Shown here: positions 20,662-29,964 of the stretch, piece after piece | Position numbering within the stretch: the first letter of the stretch is position 1 | Layout of the letters: every line of letters begins with the position of its first letter | From: a virus | Lineage: Duplodnaviria > Caudoviricetes | Strand: one strand, 5' to 3' | Length of the DNA: 64,000 bases | Virus record (IMG/VR): IMGVR_UViG_3300021399_000125 | Span: 1-64,000 of that record | Position numbers and translations under genes: made by a program | Notes under the pieces: generated by a model | The model's input: the letters and a program-made list of their open reading frames with translations, nothing else | Databases searched by the model: none | What the model was told of the DNA's origin: nothing

Positions 20662-21342
20662 ATGCGCATAGAAAGGAATACCATGGAAAAGAATACCACC
20701 ACCACCGTCAAGACCGTTGCAGAGATTCTCATGAGCAACACGGGCCTGACCAAAGCCGACGACGGCACCACCCGCGGCCGCTTCGCTGCCCTGACCGAAA
20801 AGGTCATGGATAGCAAGCCGGAATGGGACGCATATAAGCTGCACCTTGCGTCCGCCACACTGTACATCGGCAAGGCCCTTGCCGCTGATTCTGAGGACGC
20901 GGCGGCGCAGGAACGCAACAAAGCCGCGGATGAATTGTCCGCTTGCTATGCTATCCTCTCCGCCCAAAAATCCGTCAAGGCAATCTGCCCGGCCGGCGTG
21001 AAAATTCAGAAAAAGCACATCCGTGCGTGGATTGTCGCCGGCGTTTTCGCCCGGTTCAAGGTCAACTATGAGACGTGCGAAAAATCCGTCAACGTCAAAT
21101 CGTGGCGCTCCGTCCAGCGCGTGGTTGAGATGGATTTCAGCGACGCCCTCAACGGCCGCGAGAGACTGACCCGTGTAGTGCAGAATGCCGCTTCCTGCAA
21201 GGTTATCACCGACGCGGCCCAGCGCGCCGCGGACGCGGCCAAGAAACCCCAGCCCGAGCCCGCCCCGGCAAAGTCCAAGGGCAAGTCTGCCAAGGCCGCC
21301 AAGGACCCCCAGCCCCAGCCTGAGACCCAGCCCGCCAAGTAA
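20662..21342 (+). CDS. hypothetical early protein with Lys/Ala/Pro-rich tail
   Basis: First rightward ORF, RBS before MEKN (20683); histone-like C-terminus; followed by hairpin terminator. Confidence 0.7.
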   Translation: MRIERNTMEKNTTTTVKTVAEILMSNTGLTKADDGTTRGRFAALTEKVMDSKPEWDAYKLHLASATLYIGKALAADSEDAAAQERNKAADELSACYAILSAQKSVKAICPAGVKIQKKHIRAWIVAGVFARFKVNYETCEKSVNVKSWRSVQRVVEMDFSDALNGRERLTRVVQNAASCKVITDAAQRAADAAKKPQPEPAPAKSKGKSAKAAKDPQPQPETQPAK

Positions 21343-21356
21343 CCCCACCACCCCCA

Positions 21357-21388
21357 GACCCCGGGAGAATTCTCCCGGGGTCCCTTTT
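21357..21388 (+). terminator. intrinsic terminator
   Basis: GACCCCGGGAGAATTCTCCCGGGGTC followed by CCTTTT. Confidence 0.6.
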
Positions 21389-21484
21389 GCGTCCACGTAC
21401 GCCAAACCCATAGACCCAACCGGGTCTATTTTTTGTACCGTCTTCCGACCACGGGAGAACTATACCTAGAAGGAGGAATGCAAA

Positions 21485-22006
21485 ATGGCAAGCAAGCTCG
21501 CCCAGGCTATCGCCTGCAAACAGTACTACGTTACGATCAACAGTGCATACAACAAGCAGTGGAGAGACTTCACCCTGCAGAGAGGTCACGTCTTCGGCTA
21601 TAGCCCTGAGCTTGCTGCCGAAGGACACACCGGCCTGTTCGTTGTCCACCGGGAGATGAAGAACAGCATTCTGCTCTACGTTGCCCATCAGACAAGGGAC
21701 TGCTATATCTGGACAAAGCATGCAATCGAGAAGGACTCCGGCACCGGCACGGCCGTTCTGGCCGTCCTGAAGCGCCGCAGGGGAGGCGTGGAGTTCATCC
21801 CGCTGGAGCAGCAGAGCATCGATCCCCTGTACCATCCGCCGCTGACGAAGTGCAGGTACACCCCTATGCCCAACATGAGGATCCCCGGGGGCTCCTACGC
21901 AACCCCCACCATGGAGTTCCACGACTACGAGGGCACGCACGCCCACACCGATCCCCTGGAGATCGCCCTGACATACAAGAATAACAAGAGACGCAGAACT
22001 GCGTGA
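21485..22006 (+). CDS. hypothetical protein
   Basis: 173 aa, AGGAGG RBS. Confidence 0.65.
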   Translation: MASKLAQAIACKQYYVTINSAYNKQWRDFTLQRGHVFGYSPELAAEGHTGLFVVHREMKNSILLYVAHQTRDCYIWTKHAIEKDSGTGTAVLAVLKRRRGGVEFIPLEQQSIDPLYHPPLTKCRYTPMPNMRIPGGSYATPTMEFHDYEGTHAHTDPLEIALTYKNNKRRRTA

Positions 22007-22016
22007 AAGGAGAAAC

Positions 22017-22208
22017 ATGGAAAATCTGGTTGACAACGTCGAGAACGTAATGGACGAGCTCGACGATCTGGAGGCTCGCGTAAACGGGCTTTTGGAATCC
22101 TATCCCGAGCACGAGGACACTTTGTCCTATGTTCTTGAGCTTATCTCTGACGCAAAGGAGGCGGTAAATGAGATAAACGACATAGTCTGCGAAGCGGCAG
22201 ACGAATAA
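22017..22208 (+). CDS. small acidic helical protein
   Basis: 63 aa, AAAGGAG RBS. Confidence 0.65.
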   Translation: MENLVDNVENVMDELDDLEARVNGLLESYPEHEDTLSYVLELISDAKEAVNEINDIVCEAADE

Positions 22209-22224
22209 GCATGGAAATCCCCTC

Positions 22225-22253
22225 TTGGCAAGCCCGGCAAATTGTGGTATAAT
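22225..22253 (+). promoter_or_regulatory. sigma-A promoter of a moron-like gene
   Basis: TTGGCA-17 nt-TATAAT with extended TG. Confidence 0.65.
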
Positions 22254-22281
22254 TGTCGGGAAGTCAGGAGGGGATTGCTTT

Positions 22282-22941
22282 ATGGAAAACAAGAAACTCT
22301 ACATCCCGAAGGAGGTTTATGAAAAGGATGTAAACCTTGGTCGCAAGCTGTATGCGCTTGGTAAGGCCTGCGATTTAATCTCTGCGAACATGGTTCAGAA
22401 GATTATTTCCGTGCCGGCATTTCTGGCGGAAATTAAAGATTATCGCGGCGAATTTACGAACGAGGATGTATTCCAGCTTCTTTCGCGTGCTCTGGATTCC
22501 ATAGACCAGGAGGACGAAAGCTACGCTCTCGCAAACAAGATTGTTTCTCACCTTGATGAAAGGATCCACGGAATCAGAATTCCGGACGGGTACGAAGACT
22601 GCGACTACTTGCACGGGATTCTTTCGCCTCTAAAAAAATCATCGCAAAGAAGGATTCTCACGAATGTGGATTTTTTGGACGCAGCCCTGGAAAACGGGCC
22701 GCTTCTTTCGCTAAAGGATGTCTACGACGTTTATTCGGTTATTGCTTTTTCGGTCATTGCAGATTTGCTAAAACAGCCTAGGAATGATCGTAATAAGCCC
22801 AGCTATTATATGATTCGTTCGGCAATAACCGATTTGTCGTCTTTGGTTTTTGGTAATCCAGATCAATGGCGCATCGACTATGCCGCGCACTTTGGTTTTA
22901 AATATAGACCGCCCTTGGTTTCAAAGAATCAATCAGAGTGA
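22282..22941 (+). CDS. hypothetical protein (AT-richer, moron-like)
   Basis: MENKK start after AGGAGG; own promoter and downstream terminator. Confidence 0.7.
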   Translation: MENKKLYIPKEVYEKDVNLGRKLYALGKACDLISANMVQKIISVPAFLAEIKDYRGEFTNEDVFQLLSRALDSIDQEDESYALANKIVSHLDERIHGIRIPDGYEDCDYLHGILSPLKKSSQRRILTNVDFLDAALENGPLLSLKDVYDVYSVIAFSVIADLLKQPRNDRNKPSYYMIRSAITDLSSLVFGNPDQWRIDYAAHFGFKYRPPLVSKNQSE

Positions 22942-22974
22942 TCAAACCGCCCTTCATGGGCGGTTTGGTTTTTT
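22941..22974 (+). terminator. intrinsic terminator
   Basis: ATCAAACCGCCC-TTCAT-GGGCGGTTTGGT followed by a T-run. Confidence 0.7.
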
Positions 22975-23160
22975 AATCCGATGTATACCTTTGGAAAGCT
23001 GAAATAAATTTGGTTTCACAGAATCGGTCTGTCAAGATTCAGTTTGGTTTTTCACTCTGACCGAGCTTGGTTTCGCAGATTGGTTTCCCATATCCATACA
23101 CACACCAGGCACACGCCTGGATTTTTTATGCTCAAAAAGTATCTTGAAAGGAGAATTCTC

Positions 23161-23361
23161 ATGAGCTTTTCATCTTTCCAGGACAAGGTTTCGTCCTACA
23201 CCAGACCCCTGAAGATCGGGGTAGAGTTTCGCGCAGACAATGGGAGATACTACGCGAACCTCTCCAACGGAGACGTAATCATCGGCAACTCCATTGCCCC
23301 GTCTCTGACCTATCGCCGGTTTCACGGTTCCGGCCACACAGACTATCGGTTTTCCGCGTAA
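23161..23361 (+). CDS. hypothetical protein
   Basis: ATG after GAAAGGAG. Confidence 0.55.
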   Translation: MSFSSFQDKVSSYTRPLKIGVEFRADNGRYYANLSNGDVIIGNSIAPSLTYRRFHGSGHTDYRFSA

Positions 23362-23374
23362 AGGAGGGCGCACT

Positions 23375-23563
23375 ATGAGATCCAATACAACCACAGCCCG
23401 GCGGCTTCTCATGCAGAAGCTGGCAGGGATTCTTCTGCTTCTGGTCTGCCTGGTTTTCACCCTGGTGCTCCGGCACTCTGCAGATCATGACGGCACCGCG
23501 CTGCTGCTTCTGGCGCCGCTTGGTCTGTTCCTGGTATTCACCCGCAGGGTTTATCTGGTATAA
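23375..23563 (+). CDS. small two-TM membrane protein
   Basis: Two hydrophobic stretches, RBS. Confidence 0.6.
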   Translation: MRSNTTTARRLLMQKLAGILLLLVCLVFTLVLRHSADHDGTALLLLAPLGLFLVFTRRVYLV

Positions 23564-23566
23564 GCC

Positions 23567-23689
23567 ATGGAATTCCGCAACGTCAACGGCCACATCGAGG
23601 TCTATCTGGACGGGGAATTTCAGTTCTCCGCCGACACAAAAAGCGAGGCGCTTTCAGAGCTCGCAAAAGAGGAGGGTTTCACATTCTGA
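23567..23689 (+). CDS. small hypothetical protein
   Basis: MEFRNVNGHIEVYLDGEFQFSADT..., 40 aa, below the ORF-track cutoff. Confidence 0.5.
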   Translation: MEFRNVNGHIEVYLDGEFQFSADTKSEALSELAKEEGFTF

Positions 23690-23841
23690 TCGCTCTGGTT
23701 TTACTGATCGTCGTCGCAGCGATTGCCTGGTTCATCCGGTTTTATCTCCGCTGCGCCGCGCTGGCGGCCATTGAGAGCATGGGCTGCGACAAGGTTCACC
23801 ACTGGACGGAATACGTCCACGACTACTAAGGAGGGTTTCGT

Positions 23842-24033
23842 ATGTTCGTGGTTTCGGTTTACGATCTCTGCGACGGCGACCTGATCGCCAGCAAGACCTA
23901 CGAGGGTTTTGCGGAAGCACTGCGCGGGTTTTCCAGGGCAAAGCACGACTGGGAGGAGCCCGTGGTTGACGACCTGGCAATCTTCAGCGTGATGCTTTAC
24001 ACCGGCAACGGCAACATCATCGAGGGTTTTTGA
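23842..24033 (+). CDS. hypothetical protein
   Basis: AAGGAGG RBS, 63 aa. Confidence 0.55.
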   Translation: MFVVSVYDLCDGDLIASKTYEGFAEALRGFSRAKHDWEEPVVDDLAIFSVMLYTGNGNIIEGF

Positions 24034-24034
24034 T

Positions 24035-24319
24035 TTGCTGGTTATCGTCGCGTTCACACTGGTTTTTGTGCTCGGTCTGGTATTCGGACTGGAGCAAAAG
24101 CTGTTCGGCAAGAGGGAATCTGATCGGTCTCTGAAACGGGAGAACGAGCGTCTGCGCCGCCGTCTGGCCCACGCAGATGCGTCCAGACGCATGATGACGG
24201 ACTACAGGTCTCTGGTTTTGGAGCAGGAAATCGAGCGGCTGCAGCGCCGCATAGGCATCAAGGATCAAATCATAGCAGGTTTATTGCGCACACCACGTCC
24301 CAGATTGGGGCGGCAATAG
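24035..24319 (+). CDS. membrane-anchored coiled-coil protein
   Basis: N-terminal TM plus coiled coil. Confidence 0.5.
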   Translation: MLVIVAFTLVFVLGLVFGLEQKLFGKRESDRSLKRENERLRRRLAHADASRRMMTDYRSLVLEQEIERLQRRIGIKDQIIAGLLRTPRPRLGRQ

Positions 24320-24333
24320 CTGCCCCAGGATAC

Positions 24334-24409
24334 GCCGCGTTGGCTCAGTTGGCAGAGCAGGGGTTTTGTAAGCTCCAGGTCGAGGGTTCGAGTCCCTCAC
24401 GCGGCTCCA
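24334..24409 (+). tRNA. tRNA-Thr(TGT)
   Basis: Cloverleaf GCCGCGT/ACGCGGC, anticodon TGT, TTCGAGT loop, CCA end. Confidence 0.9.
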
Positions 24410-24751
24410 TCACTCTGAACACGGAGGTGGTTTTCTGGCACGCAAGTAATCAAAATCGAAGGAAGGAGGTAGGAAATGAAGCTCACGTTTGATATGCAAA
24501 AGCTCAACCGCATGGTTGCTCCGGCGGCCCCTGTGGTCTGGCCGGTAAACAAGGCCGGCTCTCACGGGAATGCCACGATCCCCACGTACATGTGGCGCCG
24601 CGAGCTCAACGAGCAGCCTGCACCCACTCAGAAGTAATTACCGCGCTGCGGTTTTTGCGCCCACACTACGGCTCCGACCACTGGTGTGTGGGGCCTGGTT
24701 TCCAGGCAGACAGGGGACTACTACATAAAACAAACTATGGAGGTAACACAA

Positions 24752-25144
24752 ATGAAGGTAAAGGTTCTCGGCAATGCTATGGTCATCACCAGCGAGGTTC
24801 GTCTGTCCGACATCATCGCTCTCGCGAAGTCCAACCCCGACGCCCTGGTGCTGTACGAGGGTGAGGGCGAGAAGCGCCATCAGGTTTTCCGCGTCGGTCT
24901 GTGCATCGGCGGCGAGGCCAAGATCAGCGACAAGGGTGTGGTTTTCAACGGCAAGACCGGCCCGGAGGAGCACGTCACGGTTTCTCTGATCCTGCCCGGC
25001 AATCCGGCCAACCCCCGTGAGTACGTCGCGGATACCTACGGCATCGCGCTGAAGCGCCTGAAGGCCTGGGAAGAGACCGTCCCCGGCATCATGGCCGCAG
25101 CCAAGGCGGAGAAGGACGCCATCCTCGCTCTGATCGAGGACTGA
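24752..25144 (+). CDS. hypothetical protein upstream of the Ubl gene
   Basis: 130 aa, GGAGG RBS. Confidence 0.7.
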   Translation: MKVKVLGNAMVITSEVRLSDIIALAKSNPDALVLYEGEGEKRHQVFRVGLCIGGEAKISDKGVVFNGKTGPEEHVTVSLILPGNPANPREYVADTYGIALKRLKAWEETVPGIMAAAKAEKDAILALIED

Positions 25145-25272
25145 TTTCTGCCGGCGGTCTTCCGCCTGCAGCCGCGAACGCGCCGTCTGGGTTTTCGGGC
25201 GGCGCGTTCTTCCACAATACATCACAACCATCCAAAACAATTCACATTCTTATATCTTGAAAGGAGATAATT

Positions 25273-25515
25273 ATGGTTAGCATCACTGTTTCCAAGACCA
25301 CCGGTATGGGCACCACCGTCATTATGGACGAGGCCTACGAAACCCCCAACGACGCCGTCGAGTCTGCCGGCCGCGCCGGTCTGAACGGTCTGTGGTTCCT
25401 CAACGGCCGCAAGCTCAGCAGCGACGACATGGACCGCCCCCTGTCCGAGTTCGGTCTGGCGGACGGCGCCAACGCCACTCTGACCAACGTGGTCAAGGCC
25501 GACAGCGCGGCCTGA
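25273..25515 (+). CDS. ubiquitin-like (beta-grasp) small protein
   Basis: 80 aa; beta-beta-alpha-(LNGRKL..D.DRPLSEFGL)-beta pattern as in Ub/YukD-like folds; upstream of E2-like/JAB/E1 genes. Confidence 0.65.
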   Translation: MVSITVSKTTGMGTTVIMDEAYETPNDAVESAGRAGLNGLWFLNGRKLSSDDMDRPLSEFGLADGANATLTNVVKADSAA

Positions 25516-25548
25516 TTCCCAAGCCCCGCTCCGGCGGGGCTTTTCTAC

Positions 25549-25635
25549 GGGGAATTGGCGGAACAGGCAGACGCAACGGATTTAAAATCCGTTGTCCCTT
25601 TGGACGTACCGGTTCGAGTCCGGTATTCCCCACCA
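25549..25635 (+). tRNA. tRNA-Leu(TAA)
   Basis: GGGGAAT/ATTCCCC, long variable arm, anticodon TAA, CCA. Confidence 0.9.
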
Positions 25636-25677
25636 CGCAGAACACTGCAACAAAGGAGAATTTAAAAGGAGGGTATT

Positions 25678-27114
25678 ATGTTTCTCGACTCAATCGGAAG
25701 AACCGCCTTTACCACGCCGGAGGCGGAAGCGTTCTTCAAAAACAAGATCGTCAGCAACACCGGCCCGGTGGGCGACGCGGCAATGATCTCCATGCTCCGC
25801 GCCATGCTGGGCAAGCGTATGCCGGCGGGCGACGTGGTCACCTATAACACAGGCAGGCTCTACGGTCCCAGGGAATTCCAGACCGCGGCCGCCGTGGCAA
25901 GCGACATCTCCGAAAACGTCTCCAACGGATCTGATGGCACCGGGTGTCTTACCGTGGTTTCCGTCGGTTATCCGGAGGACGCCCGTAAGCAGTTTTTCAG
26001 CCTTGTGGGCGAGGCCATGAAAACCCTTGGGAACTGGGAAGAGGTCCAAAAGTACGAGTACTGGTTCAAGAAGTCCTTCCAGACGAAGTGCTTCATCCAT
26101 CGCGGCAACAAGAGCACCATGGTTTTTGTGGAGCGTGCCACGTCCAGAAAGAACCATCTGCTCATGGCTGCGGTTCCCGTGATGTTTCCGTGGTATTTCC
26201 CAGAGAACACGGTTTACCGGCCTCTGGAGATAGATCTGTGCAAGTCCTGTAAAGAGGAATCTCCTGCCAAGTTTCTCGATCTTCTGCAGCAGGCGGCAGG
26301 GGAGTACAACTTCCGGGACGCCTTTGTCAGATCTGCGCTGACCGGGTTTGAGAGCGGCTATGAGCGCCGCGCCATGGAACATGCCGCCGCTGACATCCGC
26401 CGGTTCAACAGCCAGATCGACAACTACTTCCGGGAAATCGAGAATCTGCGCCGGAGACTGCTGGAAAAGCAGATCATTGTCTCCGGCTGTAAGGAGCGCA
26501 TGAAGTCCAGGGACCCTGCCGAGGAAACTCCTCTGGTCCGGTATTTCCTGAGCTCCGAAGCCGCACATCTGGTTTCTGCGGACGAAAGCTCCGTGGAATT
26601 CATCGCCACCGGGTATCTGGATCTCTTCGACGAGGACGAGGCGGAAAAGGTCATCGAAAACGAGTACAGCGCCCTGTACGAAAGCGTCTCCACGTCGCGT
26701 CAGGCGGATTACAAGCTGCTCCTGCGCGGTCTGTTTGTGGAGCAGCAGATCCGGCTTCGCACCTGTGCGGCTTTCAGGCTCTACGCCGAGTCGGAGGCCT
26801 GCGGTTTGGAGGACTATGAGTTTGACGGCCGCCTGCCCAACGCAGAAACCTATTTCCCGAACCCCCATATCCAGGGCTATCACTGCCTGGGCGACAACCG
26901 CGGTCCTGCGGAACGTGCGATCCTGGACGGCAATTATCCCGCTGCTGTGGATCAGCTCATCGCGGCCTGCCACAACCTGAACTGGCGCGACGGCACGGTC
27001 GTCGAGTATTTCTCCGGCCAGCTGCTTGACGAGGAGAACCCGGTGATCGAGCTTCCTACAGGCGAGCTGGTTTCCCCGGCAGAAGCGATCCAGTGGTTGA
27101 AGGACGATCGATGA
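25678..27114 (+). CDS. coiled-coil protein with C-terminal prokaryotic E2-like domain
   Basis: PNPHIQGYHCLG resembles the HPH/N...C E2 active-site motif; context next to JAB and E1. Confidence 0.55.
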   Translation: MFLDSIGRTAFTTPEAEAFFKNKIVSNTGPVGDAAMISMLRAMLGKRMPAGDVVTYNTGRLYGPREFQTAAAVASDISENVSNGSDGTGCLTVVSVGYPEDARKQFFSLVGEAMKTLGNWEEVQKYEYWFKKSFQTKCFIHRGNKSTMVFVERATSRKNHLLMAAVPVMFPWYFPENTVYRPLEIDLCKSCKEESPAKFLDLLQQAAGEYNFRDAFVRSALTGFESGYERRAMEHAAADIRRFNSQIDNYFREIENLRRRLLEKQIIVSGCKERMKSRDPAEETPLVRYFLSSEAAHLVSADESSVEFIATGYLDLFDEDEAEKVIENEYSALYESVSTSRQADYKLLLRGLFVEQQIRLRTCAAFRLYAESEACGLEDYEFDGRLPNAETYFPNPHIQGYHCLGDNRGPAERAILDGNYPAAVDQLIAACHNLNWRDGTVVEYFSGQLLDEENPVIELPTGELVSPAEAIQWLKDDR

Positions 27115-27134
27115 GAAGAAGGAGGAGACGAAAA

Positions 27135-28022
27135 ATGGCAAAGGTAATCCGCATCACCCCCGATATGCATGACCAGCTGCGCCAGGATTTTGAGGCATAT
27201 CTGGCATCCGGCAAATGCCAGGACGGCACGTTCACCTTCCACAAGAAGCTGGGCAACGTATCCGGCCGCCGGGCAAAGCTCCACATCCAGCCCGCTGCCT
27301 GGAGCAAGATGCTCCTGCTGCTTCTCACCAACGACAAGGAGGTGGGTTGGCACGGTTTGGCGTCCCGCTGTGACGCCCCGGATGAGTATTCCATCCATGA
27401 CATTGCGGTTTTTCCGCAGCAGGTCACCGGCACCACCGTGGAGCCGGACGAGGAGGAGTATCACAGCTGGCTTTTCAGCCATGACCCCGCGATCCGGGCC
27501 AAGATCTGTATGCACGGCCACAGCCATGTCAACATGAGCGTCGGCCCCAGCGCCACAGACCTGGAATATCAGCGGGATATTCTCCAGCAGCTGGACGAGG
27601 ATGAGTTTTACATTTTCATGATCTGGAATAAGCGGCTGGACTGCTCTGTGAAGGTCTACGACGTGAAGAACAACATCTTCTTCGAGACCGCAGACTGTGA
27701 CATTGTCCTGGATCAGCAGGGTTATGACTATCACGAGTTCCTCAAGTCCGCCAAGGCCATGGTCAAGTCCGCTCCGGTTTACGCCTCCGGCTACGGCTCC
27801 TACCAGTACGGCACCTATAAGGGCGGCTCCGGGTATCCCTACTACCCCGCGGGTTCCCACAACTGGGATGATGACGACGAGGACGACGACGACGAGGATC
27901 TGCCGGTTCCGAAGCCCGCACCCGCCGCCCCGATCAGCGTCGCCAAGGGACGCAAGACCAAGCGCGGTTCCAAGCCCCGGGTTCCCGTCCAGAACAGCAA
28001 GTACGACATCTACGATGACTGA
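27135..28022 (+). CDS. JAB/MPN+ (JAMM) metallo-isopeptidase
   Basis: EVGW and HGHSHVNMSVGPSATD match the E...HxH-x7-S-xx-D JAMM motif; Tyr/Gly-rich and acidic tail. Confidence 0.85.
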   Translation: MAKVIRITPDMHDQLRQDFEAYLASGKCQDGTFTFHKKLGNVSGRRAKLHIQPAAWSKMLLLLLTNDKEVGWHGLASRCDAPDEYSIHDIAVFPQQVTGTTVEPDEEEYHSWLFSHDPAIRAKICMHGHSHVNMSVGPSATDLEYQRDILQQLDEDEFYIFMIWNKRLDCSVKVYDVKNNIFFETADCDIVLDQQGYDYHEFLKSAKAMVKSAPVYASGYGSYQYGTYKGGSGYPYYPAGSHNWDDDDEDDDDEDLPVPKPAPAAPISVAKGRKTKRGSKPRVPVQNSKYDIYDD

Positions 28023-28036
28023 AAGGAGACAGGCGT

Positions 28037-28711
28037 ATGAATCTTTCCAAGAGCCTTGAGTATTTCAACCCCGCCGCGGTTTCCGGCCGCGTCCACATTC
28101 TGGGCTGTGGGTCTGTTGGCTCCACCATCGCCGAAAACCTGGTCCGCTGCGGTCTCACCAAGTTCACCCTTTGGGATTTTGACCTGGTCGAGCCCCACAA
28201 CCTGGTCAATCAGATGTTCCGCGCCCAGGACGTAGGCCGGAACAAGGCGGAGGCGCTGTTGGATCTGCTCTGTGAGATCAACCCGGAGGTCCGGGAGAAC
28301 ACCAAGCTCAAGCCAAAGGGCTGGAACGGGGAGAACCTGAACGGTTTTGTGTTCCTCTGCGTAGACAACATCGATCTGCGCCGCAAAATCGTCCAGCAGC
28401 ACATGAGTAATCTCAATGTAAAAGCTGTGTTTGACGTCCGTACCCGGCTTGAGGACGCCCAGCATTACGCGGCGGACTGGTCTCATCAGACCGACCGGGA
28501 GGCGCTGCTTGCCACCATGGATTTCTCCCATGACGAGGCGGTTTCCGAGACGCCCACCTCTGCCTGCGGCGTCACCCTGGGTGTCTGTCCCACGGTGCGG
28601 ATCATCTGTGCCTATGCGGTTTCAAACTTCATGAACCACATCAATGGCAAGCCCCTGCAAAAGGTGGTTCTCGCGGACGCATTCCAGTTTGGTTTGTGTC
28701 ATTTCGAGTAA
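28037..28711 (+). CDS. ThiF/E1-like adenylyltransferase
   Basis: ILGCGSVGS, DFDLVEPHNL.NQ, DVG..KA, CVDN..R; candidate catalytic Cys in SACG. Confidence 0.9.
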   Translation: MNLSKSLEYFNPAAVSGRVHILGCGSVGSTIAENLVRCGLTKFTLWDFDLVEPHNLVNQMFRAQDVGRNKAEALLDLLCEINPEVRENTKLKPKGWNGENLNGFVFLCVDNIDLRRKIVQQHMSNLNVKAVFDVRTRLEDAQHYAADWSHQTDREALLATMDFSHDEAVSETPTSACGVTLGVCPTVRIICAYAVSNFMNHINGKPLQKVVLADAFQFGLCHFE

Positions 28712-28746
28712 ACGTCAGCGCCGGCGCTGATGATATAAATTAAAAT

Positions 28747-29073
28747 TGCTGTAACGCATTTCTCAGTAAGCTTGAGAACATCTGCCTATGGCGGATGTAA
28801 CGTAACGTGAGGTAAAGGGGTGGCAGCCACCTGCAGCAGCTGAAGGCGCCATAGAACTCCAGTTGGCCTGGTCTGATCGCTAAAGCAAGATCTCGTGTGC
28901 CAAAACGGCCGACAACCACCGGTTACTTCACAATTACGCGGCGTAATCAAACGCAATATTATTTAAAAGGCAAAAAGGACTTGACAAATTCAGATCCTCA
29001 CGCCAATCCGCGCAAGGATTGCACGAGTCAGCTCCTGGTCGTCTTTACGTCATACCCAATACAGGTTACAGCA
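28747..29073 (+). ncRNA. retron msr/msd-like RNA, copy 1
   Basis: Terminal inverted repeat TGCTGTAAC/GTTACAGCA, then G-CATT, hairpin, CATCTGCC-TAT-GGCGGATG hairpin, structured cargo. Confidence 0.7.
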
Positions 29074-29142
29074 GAAAGGAATTGTTTTATGAATGTCGAT
29101 CCTTCTGAGCAATACGAAGGATCTTAATCGGAGGAGTCACAT

Positions 29143-29712
29143 ATGGACTTATACGCCTACGCACAAATCGAAACCCTGTCAGAGCTTGCGAAAGCCAACG
29201 GTATCGAGGTTCCGCGGCTTCGCGGTTATCGCCTCATGGCACAGGAGCCACCCATTACACCGGAGGAAAGGAAGGAAAGTGAGACCAGCGCTATCCGCCA
29301 TCTTTACGAAGAAGCCTGCGAATACGATGTCGCGTTTTCCCTCCATCCTGCGTGGGTTGAATACTCTTCGAGAACCGATCTGACCAAGAAACGGTTTTTG
29401 ACCAAGGACGGAGAGCTCCGCTGGGATTTGCTTCACGGCAAGCGCCGCAAGAATATGAAGTATCTGATCAAGCTGATCCGTCGCCGGATGCGTGCTGATT
29501 ACGACATGTGGAACAAGTATGCCGGTAAGGACGGGGTTTTGTACATTCATACACGCTGCGGCGGCAACAAATGGGAATACTACGGTTGCAAAGCGCTGGA
29601 AAAAGAACCCTGGTATCTTGACCGTGTCGACGACTGGTTTGACGGCAGCTACTGCAGCATCTATGCCAAGGTTCAGCCTCCTGAAGCAAAAGAGTCGGAG
29701 AATCAAAACTAA
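29143..29712 (+). CDS. hypothetical protein
   Basis: 189 aa, GGAGGAG RBS. Confidence 0.7.
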   Translation: MDLYAYAQIETLSELAKANGIEVPRLRGYRLMAQEPPITPEERKESETSAIRHLYEEACEYDVAFSLHPAWVEYSSRTDLTKKRFLTKDGELRWDLLHGKRRKNMKYLIKLIRRRMRADYDMWNKYAGKDGVLYIHTRCGGNKWEYYGCKALEKEPWYLDRVDDWFDGSYCSIYAKVQPPEAKESENQN

Positions 29713-29964
29713 CATTTGTGAGGTTTCAAGATGATGGTTTATCTGATAACTGACGATTGCGGAATGAACGTCTTTGCAATTTTCTCATCAAAGCAGAAGG
29801 CAATAGACTGGCTTGAAAACAAGGCTGTCCAGGAATATGGATGGACTCCAGGCGAGGTTGGCTCGGCTCAGATAAAGCCGTGGCCGGTTGATGCCGAATA
29901 AAACTTAACTTTAATGGATGTTGCGCTGAAAGGGGTGACCAGAATGTTCAAAAAGGAATTCATC

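Noticed and set aside
28982-28987. TTGACA inside cassette 1 as a promoter
   Set aside because: No recognisable -10 hexamer at 16-18 nt spacing
28897-29127. Small ORFs inside the RNA cassettes (also 31467-31682, 38152-38391)
   Set aside because: No clear RBS, atypical composition, and they overlap elements better explained as structured RNA
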